A stretch of 63,069 nucleotides of DNA, the filler included, from Folioceros fuciformis (taxonomy: Eukaryota): assembly GCA_049999805.1 (NCBI GenBank). It is 5 parts of 4 records of this genome, joined end to end, with 100 filler letters (N's around TTAATTAATTAA, not from the genome) between each part and the next. Parts side by side here need not be neighbours in the genome. Positions count along the whole stretch, not along the records: positions 8,674 to 39,329 come from JBNGIO010004612.1; 4 more parts are not named here. The stretch is one strand, 5' to 3'. Under the pieces are notes generated by a model. That model ran no database searches, was not told the DNA's origin, and saw nothing but the letters and a program-made list of their open reading frames with translations. Below, piece after piece: positions 24,413 to 38,704 of this stretch; the stretch's first letter is position 1, and each line of letters starts with the position of its first letter. A program made the translations under genes and the position numbers.

Positions 24413-26182
24413 GTTGTGCAGCGTGGCTGCTGATGTGTGTGGCTGGGTCATCATCACCGACCGACACTCTTTGTACTTTCTTATTACCGCCCGTGAAAGG
24501 CAGGCCTGGGCCCTCCCACAAACTTCAGCATTTCTGTCCGTTGGAGGCCCGGGCCCAAGGCCAGCTTGTCCCCGCCGGTCCCACAAGCTGATTGGCCGTT
24601 GCGCTCCGTTCCGTCGGCCCACCCCACTGTCTCTGCCGCTAAACGGCAGACCTGTTGATTCTACTTACTGTCTTCCCTTATTACACTACGTATAGAGCCT
24701 CTTCCACCCAGAGGGGGTTAGATTTGCATTATAGATCTATTATATATTTTACGGGAGTATACATAGTAAAGATGATAGTAATGATCACATATATGTGTAT
24801 ATAGTTTTACCCTAAAAAATCTTCCTGCATATCATGAACTTCCAATGCGCGCGTTAACTCCATGATCAATATTGAAACTCATGTTGGATGAAATGAAAAA
24901 TGAACAAGAAGGATGGACTACTAGGGTAGGGTATTGTACTTGTAGTAGTTGAAAGCCGGAACTAAAACACCTCGTACGTATGCATCCATAATGGAAAGTA
25001 TGTACCCAATAAAGAGCTGTTGATAATTGCCCACTGTCTTCCCACGTACAGACAACGATGTGTAACCATTTCATTGATTTGCTAGTTACGTCATTGATGT
25101 GGTAGTTATGACGATCGTGAGGATTTTCTTATCTTAACCGAACAAAACTGAACGGAACGGAACTGAACAGATCGTGTACAAGGTTACTATACTCCTTCGA
25201 TCGCAATCAAACACTTGGATCGCAATCAATGTAGAACGGGTGAAACCATGGAGTGAGGCACATACTATAGTGCAATGATTGTCATGGATCGTGAGTGAAT
25301 CTCGCAAAGTGGCACGGATGGTACCAGAAAGACAAGATATAGAATATCAAGTTGGATGGTTTTATCCAGAATTGAAATTTAAATTTTTATTACGAAAGAA
25401 AAGTGCTTAGAGGTGTAAGTAAGAAGAAGGGTGCGGATGAAATGAAACCAGTGTGTGTAAGTAGTGGAATGTGGAAGGGAGTAGTTGTTCCGGCCCGAAA
25501 TGGGTCGGCCAAAACACTTCACCTGGACACACAAGAAGGGTAGGCGGGTAGCGGAGAAGTGGGCGTGCCATGTGCAGTGTGTAGAGGACAGTTTACCTTT
25601 TGGGGTAGAGAGAGAGATACTGAATTTGTGTATTTACATGGGGTGGATGGATGAACTTGGGCAAGTCACATGGGGCGGGAAAAAATAAAGGTACTGTACA
25701 TGTGTATGTGTTGCCCAGCTCGGTCCAGGCAAACCGTAGCACATGCTGCTCTGTCTGACGGTCTTGTCAGAAGCGCAAACCCAGGCAGTGGGAGGCTAGA
25801 AGCGGCCAGTAGTGCCACACTCATGCTCTTTGCTTTGCTCGACGTGCCCAGCCCATCAGTCGCCTCTCATCGCCTGCGCCCGACTTCTGGTCCCTGTGAG
25901 AAGAGTCATCCTGCTTCTCCTTCTCCTGCTGCGTCCGCTTCTTCTCACCAACCTGCCCTGCCCTGCCCTGCTCTGCGCTGCCCTTCCCGATTCCCCATGT
26001 CCGCTTTGCTCGGAGCAGAGCAGAGCAGAGCAGTCAGTCGCTGACCTGCTGCTGCGTTCGCACCGGCTTCTGCTCTTGCTGCTGCTGCTGCTGCTGCTGC
26101 GCCCGCTCTTCCCGCTGCTAACTCTGATCTCTGCGCTCCCGCAACCCTGGCAGCCACTCTGATCGGCAATGACGGCCTGGGC

Positions 26183-29100
26183 ATGGCGGACGCCTACGGG
26201 CATTCGCCCATCTCCAGATCGCCTCACACGGTACTCACTCTCCCTTGCCTTGCCTTTTCTTTGTCTCTGCCTCTTCCTCTGCATTCGTTGCCGCGGCGCC
26301 TGCCGCTGTCCGCTACCTGCTGGCCGCTGCCTGTCCGTTGTGGAGGTTGCGGGCCTGGGCCTGGGCCTGCGGATGGTTTGGTTTTTGGAACGGCCGGGTC
26401 TCTCCTCGCCTCGCTTGGGATCGTGTCTGAATCTGCTGCTGCTCCTTCTCCTGTTGCATGCACCCTGGGTTTCCTCATCCCCCCCCCACCCCTCCCCCAC
26501 CCCCCGCATTGCCAGCTGTCCCTGCTCTGTGCCGTGTGGGTGGCAGCAACTGCTAACATCTTCTCCTTCCGACCATGACTCTTCTGGTGCCAGATGATGG
26601 CTGAGGACCAGGGCTTGCGCTCGCCAGCCCACATTTCAAGGCCTCCCATGGGGGCAGAGCCCAGGACTCCCCGTTCCACGTCCGGCGCTGTTCGAGCGAG
26701 GTGCGCGTCTGATCACTCTTTCTTTGTCAGTGCAGTGCAGTGCATCGCGGTGCGCTGCGGTGTGTGGTTTCCTTGACCGGAGCGTCTTGGTCGGTTTTTT
26801 GCAGGGAGTGGAACGGAATGGAGGATCCTGATGGCATGCTCAGCAATGTAGCACACTGTATCGAGCAGCTGCGATCTCACTACCTCAGCCCTCAGGACAA
26901 GGAGCGGGTATCCAAGCAGTTGCTGGAGCTCGCGGATACCAATGAGGACCACAGGATGGCTGTGGGCACGCATGCCCAGGCCATCCCCGCTTTGGTGGCC
27001 TTGCTCAGGTCCGGGAATGTTGCTTCCAAGATCAACGCGGCAGCTACCCTCGGGGTGCTCTGCAAGTCGGAGGATCTCAGGGTCAAGGTTCTTCTCGGAG
27101 GATGCGTGCCTCTCTTCTTGGCTCTCCTCAAGTCTACCTCGCCGGAAGCTCAGCTGGCTGCTGCCAACGCTATCTTCGCCGTTTCTCAGGTCGGGGTCAG
27201 GGATTATGTCGGAGCCAAGATCTTCGCCACAGAAGGGGTTGTCACCAGCCTATGGGAGCAGTTGCAGGCCAAATTCAAGCGTGGGAAGCTGGTTGATGGC
27301 TTGCTCACTGGCGCTCTGAGGAATCTGTGCAATACTACCGAAGGTTTCTGGCCAGCAACTTTAGAGGCCCATGGTTTCCAAGTGCTGGTTGGGCTGCTTA
27401 CCACAGGAAGTCCACTTGCTCAGACCAACGCTTCTTCCCTTATGGCCAGTCTGCTCACTGCCTCAAACGAAGACCAAGTCCGGGACGTGGGCTCTGCAGC
27501 TATCGAGCCTCTGCTTAAGCTCGTTGCCCCCGGCAATGAGATCTCAGTTCGAGCTGAGGCAGCTGGGGCTCTCAAGGCCCTTTCGTCCACGCTTCCCGAG
27601 GCCAAGCAAATGATCTCACAAGCTGGCGGGGTTTCTATTCTCATCAGTGCCACCGTTGCTCCTTCTAAAGAGTTCATGCAAGGAGAGTTCGCCCAAGCAC
27701 TGCAGGAGAATGCCATGGGTGCACTTGCCAACATTCTGGGTGGCATGCCAGCAGTCATTCTCAGCCTCGGCAGGAGCATCCAGTCTAGCAGGTCAAAGAC
27801 AGAGGTTGCGGATATGATTGGGGCGCTTGCTAATGCGCTCATGGTCCTGGATGGCCGCCTTGAGTCTTCCTCACCTGTCAATGCTCTTCTCATCGAGCAA
27901 GCCTTGGTGAGGCAACTGCAACCTTACACCATGGAGCTCAAGCAGGAGCGAGCTATCGAAGCTCTAGCCAGCCTGTATGGTAATGTCTTCCTTGCTCAGG
28001 AGCTGGAGCATGCTGAAGCCAAGAAGATGCTCGTAGGGTTGATCACGATGGCAAACGAGGCCCAGGAGGAGCTTATGAAGTCTCTCACCACCATCTGCAG
28101 TGGGGAGTCTGATTTGTGGGAGGCCTTGAAGGGGCGTGAAGGGGTTCAGCTGTTGATATCGTTGTTGGGTCTCTCATCTGAACAACAGCAAGAATATGCG
28201 GCTGCTTTGCTTTCCATTTTATCGCAGGAGGTGGATGAGAGCAAGTGGGCCATCACTGCAGCTGGTGGCATCCCTCCTCTCGTGCAACTGTTGGAGACTG
28301 GCTCAGCAAAAGCCAAAGAAGACTCTGCCATTGTGCTCGGGAACCTATGTAGCCACAATGAGGATATTCGAGCGTGTGTAGAAACAGCGGAAGCAGTGCC
28401 AGCTCTTCTGTGGCTCTTGAAGAATGCTGGTTTGAAAGGGCAGGAAATTGCGGCGAAAGCTTTGACTCAGCTGGTGCGGGACTCTGATGCAAGCACAGTG
28501 AGTCAGCTGACGGCCCTGCTTACTGGGGACTTGCCAGAGTCAAAGGTGAATGTCTTACACGTTGTTGGATACCTGTTAAATGTGTCTGCTCAAGAGGAGA
28601 TCGTGCGGGAGGGTGCTGCAGAGAACGAAGCTCTGCAGACAGTAACACAGTTACTCACGAGTCCCAATCATGAGTCCAAGGCTGGAGCTGCATCCGTTCT
28701 TGCTGCTCTGTTCAATGCAAAGCAAGAACTGCGGGAAAGTACAGCGGTGATCCAGTGCATTGACCCTCTTACTGATGCACTCTTGTCAGGAAGTGAAGAG
28801 AGTGCCACTGAAGCTGCACGTGCTCTGGCTGCTCTTTTTCGCTCCATTCTTCAAAACAAGAAGGTCGCAGGTCCTGCCAGGAATGCTGTTCTCCCTTTGA
28901 TCTCACTGGCAAGGTCCAGCAGTGCCTCAGCTGCTGAAGTTGCATGCATGGCCATGGCAAACCTGCTGCTGGACCCTGACATTGCTGAAGAAGCCCCTGC
29001 AGAAGAAATTATAGGACCATTGACGAGAGTTCTACGGGAAGGCTCACCAGAAGGCAAAGAGCACGCAGGGGGAGCTCTTGCTTGCTTGTTGCGGACTCGG

Positions 29101-32100
29101 CCTGTTGATGATGCCTTAGCTGAAAGAATTCACCAATCTGGTACAGTGCTTGCGCTGGTGGCTTTACTGGAGTCTGCAAATCTGAGTGAAGCCACTTCGC
29201 TGGAACCTTTGAATGCCCTGGCCTCACTGGCCCGAGCCAAGAGAGGAGGAGCATTCAGCCGTCCCCCTTGGACTGTGCTTGCTGAAGTTCCGTACAGCAT
29301 GTCTCCACTGGTGACATGCTTGGGGGAAGGGCTACCCCCTCTTCAAGACAAAGCCATAAAAGTCTTGGCTAGGCTTTGTCGTGATCAGCCAGAATTTCTA
29401 GGTGATTTGATTGCCAGTAAATCAGATTGCGTTGCCGCTTTAGCAGAGCGAGTGATGAGGTCAACCAGCGGTGAGGTGAAAGTTGGTGGAACACAGTTGC
29501 TAATATGTGCTTCTAGACAACGTTGCCAAACAGTGATGGAAGTTCTTCAGAATTCTGGCTATACAGCTCAGTTGATTCGGTCACTGGTTAAGATGTTGGG
29601 GCATAGGGAGGATGGCACACCTACTGACGTTGAGGCAAGCACGAACTCGGAGGCAGTGAGCGTTTATGAGACAAAGGGAAGTCTGGCAGTTCCAGATAGT
29701 GAGCCTGAAGTTGTGGATGCATTTGAGCATGACCCGGCCGTGACTCTGGGTGCCACTGTGGCACTGTGGATGCTTTGCTTCATAGCCTCTCATGATAGCC
29801 TGAGTAAGAAGGCCATTGAAAAAGCAGGTGCCATTGATGTGCTCACAGAAAAGCTGGCACTCTTTGTACCAAATGCACGGCAGGTATTTGTTGCAGTTTG
29901 TATAGAGTTCTGTTTTGTATTTTTAGATTAGGTGCCTCCGCCATTGTGATGTGTGTGATATTCATGTTTCTGCTTCGTTATGTGTGCAGGCAGAAGTTGA
30001 GGACAATGGCAGCACCTGGGTGAGTGCGTTACTGCTTGCTATCTTATTCCAGGACAGAGACGTAACTCGTGAACCTGCAACGTCACGTGCTGTGCCCTCA
30101 CTTACTACTCTGCTCAAGTCTGATGAGGCTATCGACAGATACTTCGCTGCACAGGCGTTGGCTAGCATTGTATGCACTGGAAACCGGGGAAATCTTCTGG
30201 GTGTGGCTAACTCTGGCGCTGCTGGTGGCCTTATCTCTCTTCTGGGAAGTGTGGAAGCAGACACTCTGGTAGCGCTGTCAGATGAGTTTCAGCTTGTGCG
30301 GAACCCAGAGCAAGTTGCTCTCGAAAGACTATTTCGAGTGGATGACATCAGACATGGCGCAACTGCTCGCAAGGCAGTGCCTGCACTAGTAGAGCTTTTG
30401 AAACCTATGGCAGAGCGTCCCGGGGCACCCCCACTTGCACTTGGTCTGTTAACCCAGATTGCCAAGGGCAATAATGCGAACAAGCTGGCAATGGCAGAAG
30501 CTGGAGCTCTGGATAAGTTGACGAAGTACCTCTCACTTGGACCTCAAGATGCAATTGAGGAGGCTACAGCGGATCTCTTGAGAGTTCTGTTCAGTTGTGC
30601 TGAACTTAGGAAGCACGATTCTGCGGTTGGAGCCGTTGACCAACTCGTAGCAGTGCTGAGATTGGGTACAAGGGGTGCTAGGTACAGCGCTGCTCGGGCA
30701 TTGCAAGGTCTGTTCGCTGCGGAGAACATCAAAGCAGGTGATCCTGCTGGGCAAGCTATTCCACCACTGGTAGAAATGCTCAGTTCTGGGATGGAGAGAG
30801 AACAACATGCAGCCATAGGAGCACTCATCAAGCTTGCAAGGGATAACCCTCCAAAGGCTTTAGCAGTTGCTGATGCTGAGGCCAATGCTGTGGAGGCTTT
30901 GTGCAGAGTCCTTTCATCTGATTGCTCCCTGGAGCTGAAGGAAGACACTGCTGAGCTGTGCAGTATTTTGTTTTCAAATTCTCGAGTGAGATCAACCCCA
31001 GCTGCCACAAGCTGCATACAGCCCCTGGTGTCACTCCTATTCACCGAGTCGTCTGCCCAGTATGCTGGTGCACGAGCACTTGACAATCTCCTGGATGACG
31101 AGCAACAGGCAGAGGCGGTTGCTGCCAATGGAGCTGTAGTTCCTCTGGTGGCCCTTGTCTTCGGGCCGAACAGCACAATCCATGAAGTGGCTGTGAGTGC
31201 CTTGATAAAGCTGGCAAAGGACAGGCCTCTTTGCAAGCTGGACATGGTGAAAGCCGGACTGATTGAGAATATTCTCAGCATTCTGCCGACCGCGCCTGAT
31301 GCTGTCTGTTTGTTGTGTTCAGAACTACTCAGGATCCTTACTAACAACAGCAGCATTGCTAAAGGTGCAGCAGCGGCCAAGGTTGTGCGGCCACTGTTCC
31401 TAGCTCTCGCTAGACCTGATTTCAGCCCTTCAGGACAACATAGTGCCATGCAGGTCCTTGTCAACATCCTTGAAAAACCACAGCGGCTGGCAAATCTCCC
31501 TTTGACTCCCGCTGAAGCCATTGAGCCACTGGTGCCGTTGTTGGATTCCTCCTCACAGCCAGTGCAACAGCTTGCTGCTGAGCTGTTATCTTATCTTCTC
31601 CTTCAAGAACAGTTTCAAAGGGACGTGACCACCACGTTGCTCGTGGAACCACTGGTCAGAATGGTTGGTGCTGGTGGCCCGACTCTGCAGAAGGAGGCTC
31701 TGAAGGCACTGGAAAGTGCATCACACAGCTGGCCAAATGCTGTGGCAGATGCTGGTGGTATAACGGAACTCTCCAAGATCATCTTACAGGGGGATCCTCT
31801 TGCTCCTCAGGCATTATGGGAGGCAGCTGCATTGGTGCTTTCGAATGTTCTCAGATTTAGTTCCCAGTATTATCAAAAGGTGTCCATTCCAGTTCTTGTG
31901 AAACTCCTAAGGTCCTCATCGGAGGCTACTGTCGTGGTGGCCCTCAGCGCATTGCTGGTCCTGGAGAGAGATGATGCAACCAGTGCTGAGAATATGGCAG
32001 AGTCTGGTGCTGTAGAGGCCATGATCGAACTTCTAAGGTGTCATCAATGTGAGGAAGCAGCAGGGCAGCTCCTGGAGGCTTTGTTCAATAACATTAAGGT

Positions 32101-33640
32101 CCGAGAGATGAAGTGTGCCAAAGCAGCAATCCTCCCTCTATCCCAGTACTTGCTAGATCCCCAGACTCAGTTGCATTCAGCCAGATTATTGGCAGCACTG
32201 GCATTGGGTGATCTGTTTCAGCAGGATGGGCTGTCACGGCACACTGATGCAGTCTCAGCGTGTCGGGCTTTGATAAGTCTCCTGGAGGATCAACCTTCTG
32301 AAGAGATGAAGATGGTGGCACTCTGTGCGCTGCAGAATCTTGTAGTTTACAGTCGGTCGAACAAGCGGGCTGTGGCAGAAGGGGGCGGCATCCAAGTCGT
32401 ACAGGATCTTCTCGGTTCAGAAAATCCAGAGACTGCTGATCAGGCAGCTACTTTAATCAAGCTTCTTTTTGCGAATCACACCATACAGGAATATGCTTCC
32501 AGTGAACTTATAACCTGTCTAGCTGGTAATGTGGATTCTGACTACAGTGTTCTTCCTGCAGCGACCTTTCCCCATCGTTGTTGCCATGCACGGTTTCTCT
32601 TCCCATAGTTCTCGTCTGATAATGGCTTTTTTTGAGTGCAGCATGTCTGGAAAAGGACGAGTGGGCCACCGCACCAGTGACAGAAGATGCTCTGAAAGCT
32701 CTTGTAGTTCTGTTCAATAACTTCCCAAGGCTGAGGGCGACAGAGGCAGCAACTCTTAGTATACCTCTCCTCGTGGGTTCTCTGAAGACTGGCACAGAAA
32801 CAGCGCAAGAGTCAGCAGTGGACGCCCTCTACCTACTGAGACAGGCATGGTCGAGCAGTCCAGCAGAGATTGGCAAAGCTCAAGCAATTGCTGCAGCCGA
32901 GGCCATTCCGCTGCTCCAGGCATTCATGAAATCAGGCCCTGAGCGGTTTCGAGAAAAAGCAGATAGCTTGCTGCAGTGTCTGCCTGGGAGCCTTCTTGTT
33001 ACGATAAAGCGGGGTGTGGATCTGAAGCAGTCTATGGGAAACACAAAAGCGTATTGCAAACTTACTCTAGGCAGTGGTCCACCTCGGCAAACCAAGGTAT
33101 GTGTCGTACGGGGTTTTGTTCTCAGTATGTTGCCAGAGATTTTGAGGTCTCCAGCACTCATCTCCCTATAGAATGGTTGGTGGTTTCGGTATTGCTTGAT
33201 ATGTGGAACGCTGCGGTGTAGCCCACCTTGAACCTTGATTGTGAATCATTTGTGTCAACACTTTGGGACCCTCCACAGGTGGTCTCGAACACTACCTCGC
33301 CAGAGTGGAAGCAAGGATTCGCTTGGGCGTTTGATACTCCTCCGAAAGGACAGAAGCTGAACATATCCTGCAAAAGCAAGGGCGCCTTCGGGAAGGTGAG
33401 AACAAAGCAGAAGAAGTTGCAGTGTTTGCCGCTGAAGTTTGTGCATTTCATGAAGAATCGCACAATCCACATGGCCTCTGGTTGTTGCATTGGCAGGGGT
33501 CGTTGGGCAGGGTCACCATCCAGATTGATCGAGTTGTGATGCTGGGAAGCATCAGCGGAGCATATCCCCTGGTGCCTGACAAAAACAGGGATGGCACACC
33601 AAGATTGTTGGAAGTGGAAATCCAGTGGTCTAACCGATGA
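26183..33640 (+). CDS. CSI1: CELLULOSE SYNTHASE INTERACTIVE 1-like (ARM repeats plus C-terminal C2 domain)
   Basis: [76 protein letters not shown]2 domain [20 protein letters not shown] and terminal EIQWSNR. Introns include 26701-26804 and 29884-29989. Start is ATG 26183 (via intron 26231-26593) or ATG 26594. Confidence 0.96.
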
Positions 33641-35866
33641 TGGAATTGTGAGGTATTCCGATTCAGGACAGTATTTTGAACTTCGTGTAGCTTAGTTACC
33701 AGCTAACCCATTTCTTACAAAAACACATTATTTTGGGATCCGGTCATAACGTTACGGGGAGCAGCCTCTGAACTGCAAACTTGTTTGAGTACCTGGGGAC
33801 CCGTGAGGCAGTAGTGTAAATTCGCACCGGTCGGCCGTAGCCAACCTTACTTAGACAATGTAGTCTGTGAAATTGTTTAGTTAGTCAGCAGGGCAGGCTC
33901 CTCCGTGACAAGTTCTGGAACTTAGCACGGCTGACTCCCGAGCAGTGTGAGAGACTGTGGGTCATTCCCTGGTGAAATGAGGACAGGGAGAGGAATGGAG
34001 ACACAAAGCATGCTTGACGGGTGCGGGCGCAGGTGCAGTTGTAGGACTTACGCTGATCGTCAGGATTGTTGTTAATAGTACCCGACAGCAACTGTGCTAG
34101 GAATTAGTACTTGCTGCAGGTGCCAGGAAGAGGATCGTTCTTCGGAAGAAGGGGGGGACCTTCCTCCCTACCTTTTAAGCGAAGTGCATCTTCTAAAGTA
34201 AAGTGCATCCTATCTGTGTATCTATCTGCACACGTACTTACGTACTTTTTTATGAGAGTGATGTATGCATGGCAGGAACTCGCCACAATGGTGCCCCCGT
34301 NNNNNNNNNNNNNNNNNNNNNNNNNNNNNNNNNNNNNNNNNNNNNNNNNNNNNNNNNNNNNNNNNNNNNNNNNNNNNNNNNNNNNNNNNNNNNNNNNNNN
34401 CTTGTGACTAATCTGAGTCAGAAGGACGAAAAACGCTTTTCGTGGACAGGTGGGCACGTTCCTCCACTCCCAGCCCTGACACATCCAACTCTCTCAGCCG
34501 CGCCCGCGGCGCCATGGAAGAGTCACATTGTGCTCCTACACGCAACACAAATTCATTGTTAGCCTAGCCCCCGCAGTGGCCGTCTGTCCTCTTACTAGAC
34601 GAGCTGATACTCGCTGTTTGCCCCACGATTCACACAGCATTTCGAGAAGTTGGCACACGTTTCATAGGGTCACAAACCCCGCGCACGAGCCACACCGTTG
34701 GCCGGCGGCCTCTCGAACGTGCAGCTTCAGGATCCGGAGGTAACTTTTTAAGGTACATCCTAGACTCGCTACCAACACACTGGAAGGATGGATCATGGGC
34801 TCCTACCAAGACGAGATTCCTTGTCCGCAGCGGAGATTTTCCGAGCAGAAGATCCAGAAAGCCACGGCGGATTGGAGATACGTGTGTGGTTGTAGTACAC
34901 CCAACACCACCTGGGAGAGGGTGTGTTACCACCTGTGGCCCGACAGCTACAACTCTCACTTTGGCGTAGCTGCTGCAATGATCTGCCTTTACGGGAAGGG
35001 GACAAATGTACTTGACCCGTAACACTGGGGCAGCAACATCGTGCGTTCCGTCCATTGCGAACTCCAGCTGGGCGACTCGGGCAACCAAAAAGCTCCGACT
35101 TCTATCACATTGAGCAACGGCCATGTGTCTCTTGTGCAGCAGCTACAGATAGGAGCGCCGAGCTCGGAGCTCGGAGCCGGTGTGGAGATGGCCAACGACT
35201 CTTGAATGTGCTGATTATCCGCCATGCCAGCAGCTACGGCCATTCCCCGGCCCGCATTATGCCATAATAATGCACATGATTGATTGATGGCGGATTCTCC
35301 CGCCCGCTTTCTCCGATGGCAGCTGGGCCACCTGTTCCACGCACAGGGCACAGGCTCCATCTCCGAGGCTGCTGTAAGGGGCCCGGGCCCCCCGGGGCCA
35401 CTCGGCCTCTAGCTCTGCCTTCCCCCACTCCATTGACTGGACCGTCAGTTAGAGATGAGGCAGCTTGGATGAGCGAGCCTGATTATCAGGAGGAACTTCC
35501 ATTTTGCCCCCAAGACCGATTTCTTTTCACCTCCTACATGGAACCCCGGGCTGTGAAAGTAGAAAATTTCCACCCCTTCTGCTTCCAGACCACACCTGCA
35601 GTTCCCGGGCCAAGACAGACACCCATGGTCCAGTTCAAGTCTGCATGTGAGACAGCATCCATGTGAGCTGTTGCTGCTGCCTCCTGCAGACCCGGGACCA
35701 GTTGGAGATCATCCATTCTCTATGTGGTGTGCGTGTGTGTGCGCGGGCGCTCGCCCCAGCATGATGAAGGAAGACGGGAACTCGAAAGCAGCACGGAATC
35801 AATTAAGTTGATGCCAGGAGACGCAAGCACTGTACAGCTGTCGCCACTGGCATGAGAGATGATTCA

Positions 35867-36451
35867 TTAGCCTATCCAGGCTACATGTAGTGTGCCAGTG
35901 ACGAACAGTGCCACAAACAGTGCCAGAGTCACGGCCAGTGCCGCTGTCAGTGCTAGTGCTAGTATAGTGATGAGGGACTGCAGAATAAGTAGGCCTGGCC
36001 GATGGATAGTTGCAGCTTGGGCTACCAATCGTAGCTGTTCGTATGCACCCACGCCGGCCCTCTTCAACTCTGGAGATAATTGAGGGAATGTCCAATACTT
36101 GATCCAGTGCCCACCGCCCCGGCACTTCGAACTTTGCGCGGTCCTTGTACTCTCACTACGCCAACCTCTTCCTCTGGATCTCTTCTCGTTCGGGAATCGG
36201 GAACCGTGCGAGGAATAGCGGTGAAGCATGACGACTCGGTAAAAAGAAATGACTATCCTGCAGAATCCAACACCCCATTTCCACCAAGCGTGCCAACATC
36301 CCGATTTCAGCAGCTCGGAAACAGTGGCTGAGCTGGTGGCCACGGCAAGAGCACCCGCCTCGCCCAGAATCGGGCTGCCTCGCGGCAGCTCACTCGAGAC
36401 GCGTACGGCGGTGGAAACGCCATACGATCCTGGGCCAGCATGAACACGCAT
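35867..36451 (-). CDS. Possible orphan gene with C-terminal hydrophobic segment
   Basis: ORF ends in LLILQSLITILALALTAALAVTLALFVALFVTGTLHVAWIG. No family recognised and no exon structure established. Confidence 0.25.
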   Translation of the reverse strand: MRVHAGPGSYGVSTAVRVSSELPRGSPILGEAGALAVATSSATVSELLKSGCWHAWWKWGVGFCRIVISFYRVVMLHRYSSHGSRFPNEKRSRGRGWRSESTRTAQSSKCRGGGHWIKYWTFPQLSPELKRAGVGAYEQLRLVAQAATIHRPGLLILQSLITILALALTAALAVTLALFVALFVTGTLHVAWIG

Positions 36452-38704
36452 CGCTGCCCGATTTCGTCTCCCGCCTCGCCAGTCCTGCTTCCGGACATGA
36501 GAACCCGGGCCGCATCACTGCCACAATGATTACCAAGCCTGTACGCTGCCAACAAATTGCTGGAATCATCAGCCTCATCACCGTGACAATAACCCGACCG
36601 AATCGAGGGAGGTCCTCCACAGCGCGTCGAGACCTTAGAGTCCATCTGTCCTCCACGATGGACTTCACCTTTCCGGGCAACTCCTCTGCCCTCACGGATT
36701 GAAACTGTAAGACGCGGTCTCACTCAACAGTCAGTCATCTACCCTGGCCTCCTGCATGCGATTCAATGAAATCATTCAAAGCGTAGCAACCCAGTGCTAG
36801 TGCATCTCCCACTAGCCCCGTGGGATTCAGTTCAAATGTAAAGAAACAGCCTCATTGTTCGACCCTGGGTCATCATCTCTGTCAGCTTTGACCAGTCGCT
36901 GCAGGAAGCTCGGTGCTGTGAGCTTCCTGACGAGAGCTCCGTTGAACTAGTCCTCCTGACGAGATACGTCCCGTTCCCGTTGCCCCGTTATGGCTCCATC
37001 ATGACTCCAAGATCAGCTGAGGTGTCATCCCAACTCGGAACCGTGGGCTGGGAACTCCCCTGATGACGTAGTCTACTACGTCCAGCCCACGAATCCCGTG
37101 GTGCTCAAGGAACATCGTTGGCAGCTTTACGGATTTTGTCATCCAGTGATTATCGGAGACTCGTTGACAAGCGTTTCCTGGTTGGCGTGCATTTAATAAG
37201 CTTCTGAAAGATCGGAACGGAGTTTATGAAAACGATGATGGAGAGAGCATGAAAGTAGTACATATAGTGGGCTGGGTGGCCTCAGCACCTGTCTAGTGCA
37301 GTGGTGCCTACGATTAATCACCGACGTAGTGAGACTAAAAATAAATATCAGGTTCCTTGAGATCCAAGGAACGCATCCGCCACCTTGCATTACCATGCAT
37401 CATCTCTAATCTCATTGTGCGTAAGCAAAGAGAAGCTAACCGAAGAAGTTAAATTGGCTGCGTTCCAAGTTACAAGTAAACCAAACCTTGCAAAAATCTC
37501 TACTTATAACATCTTGTAGTGCATTTTACCGCCCTAATACCAGATTATTGGAGAGTACAAGACACATGGTTCAATTCAAGGAACAAGAGGTGTGGCTTTT
37601 GGAATAAGGACGTCCATCATAGCAGTATTTTATTTTATCCAATCTATGTTATAATATACATAAAAGTTTTAAAAAATACGTATCTCTCTTCTTCTAATGT
37701 TTTATTGCTTAAAAAGCGTTTTCATTAAATAATGATTTGTATATTGGGGAGAATAGCTACGGACACAGCATTGGAAAAGTAGGAAGGAGAGGATGGAACC
37801 GTTGTACATGTTCCTTGATTTGCTACCCATGTCGATACGCGATGGATGTGTGTTCCTGGATAGCTGGGCAGGCCCGCAAAAACAGGGATGGAGGTGGTAC
37901 ACAACGCAGGTAGTGTTTGCAATTGACTTCCATGAACACTTCTCTACCACTACTACTACTACTACTGCTGCCCTCCTGCTACTCCTACTACTGGGCCTGG
38001 ACCTGGACCGGACCAGGACCAGTATGATGGTGTCTTGGACAGGATGTGTTTCCAGAACTTTCCACGCTACGGTATATGGCACGGTACCGTCCGACTTGCA
38101 CAGAGATAGATGTCGGCCGGCCATGGTGGAGGTAACAGGGCGCCATATATGTATATACCATTGCTGGAGATGCACAGGGTTCTGCCACTGGTGGCGAGGA
38201 GACGGTGAGGCGAGGGCCCGGGTCAGGAGACTGTCTGAGGCGGAACTGCAGCCTGATATGGAGTAACTGTTCCCCATTTTAAATCGTTTTTGAAGTGGCA
38301 TTTACAGAGAAAGGATGATACTCCTTGCGATTGGATGCAGTTGGGTAATGGCAAGCACCAAACAGCGTGCTGACAGCGTCCTAGAGCTGACCCATCTGCC
38401 ACGTTACGGGATGTGGAGTGTACAACCGATGGCGTGATAAGAGCATAGGAGAAACAAACCCCGCCCCCTCCCTCCCCTGCATGTGATATTAGCCAGCCTT
38501 TGGCAAGCCCTTGCCCTTGCCCTGGCCCCGACAGTGAACTGCGCAAACTGCACTGCACGCATTGCACCCCGCTGTGGTTCCACTGCTTTGCAAAGATAAC
38601 AGAGAGGAGGAGGCTGGTGCAATGAGCAATGAAGCGAGAAAGCAGGGACCAAACCGAAGGAATGGACAAGTTTACAGTTGGCAATGCTGGGGCAAGCACA
38701 AGAA

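Noticed and set aside
25812..26679. Long overlapping ORFs on both strands upstream of CSI1
   Set aside because: They arise from GC-rich microsatellites (CTG, GCAGA, CCCTG) in the 5' UTR and intron.
30544..31521. 325-aa antisense ORF inside CSI1
   Set aside because: Shadow ORF of an Ala/Leu-rich coding exon; no independent features.
34795..35022. RRFSEQKIQKATADW resembling an RLK juxtamembrane motif
   Set aside because: No Gly loop or other kinase motif follows; insufficient evidence.
37702..38301. ORFs of 157-199 aa downstream of the zinc-finger gene
   Set aside because: Driven by (ACT)n and GGACC repeats; no domain recognised.
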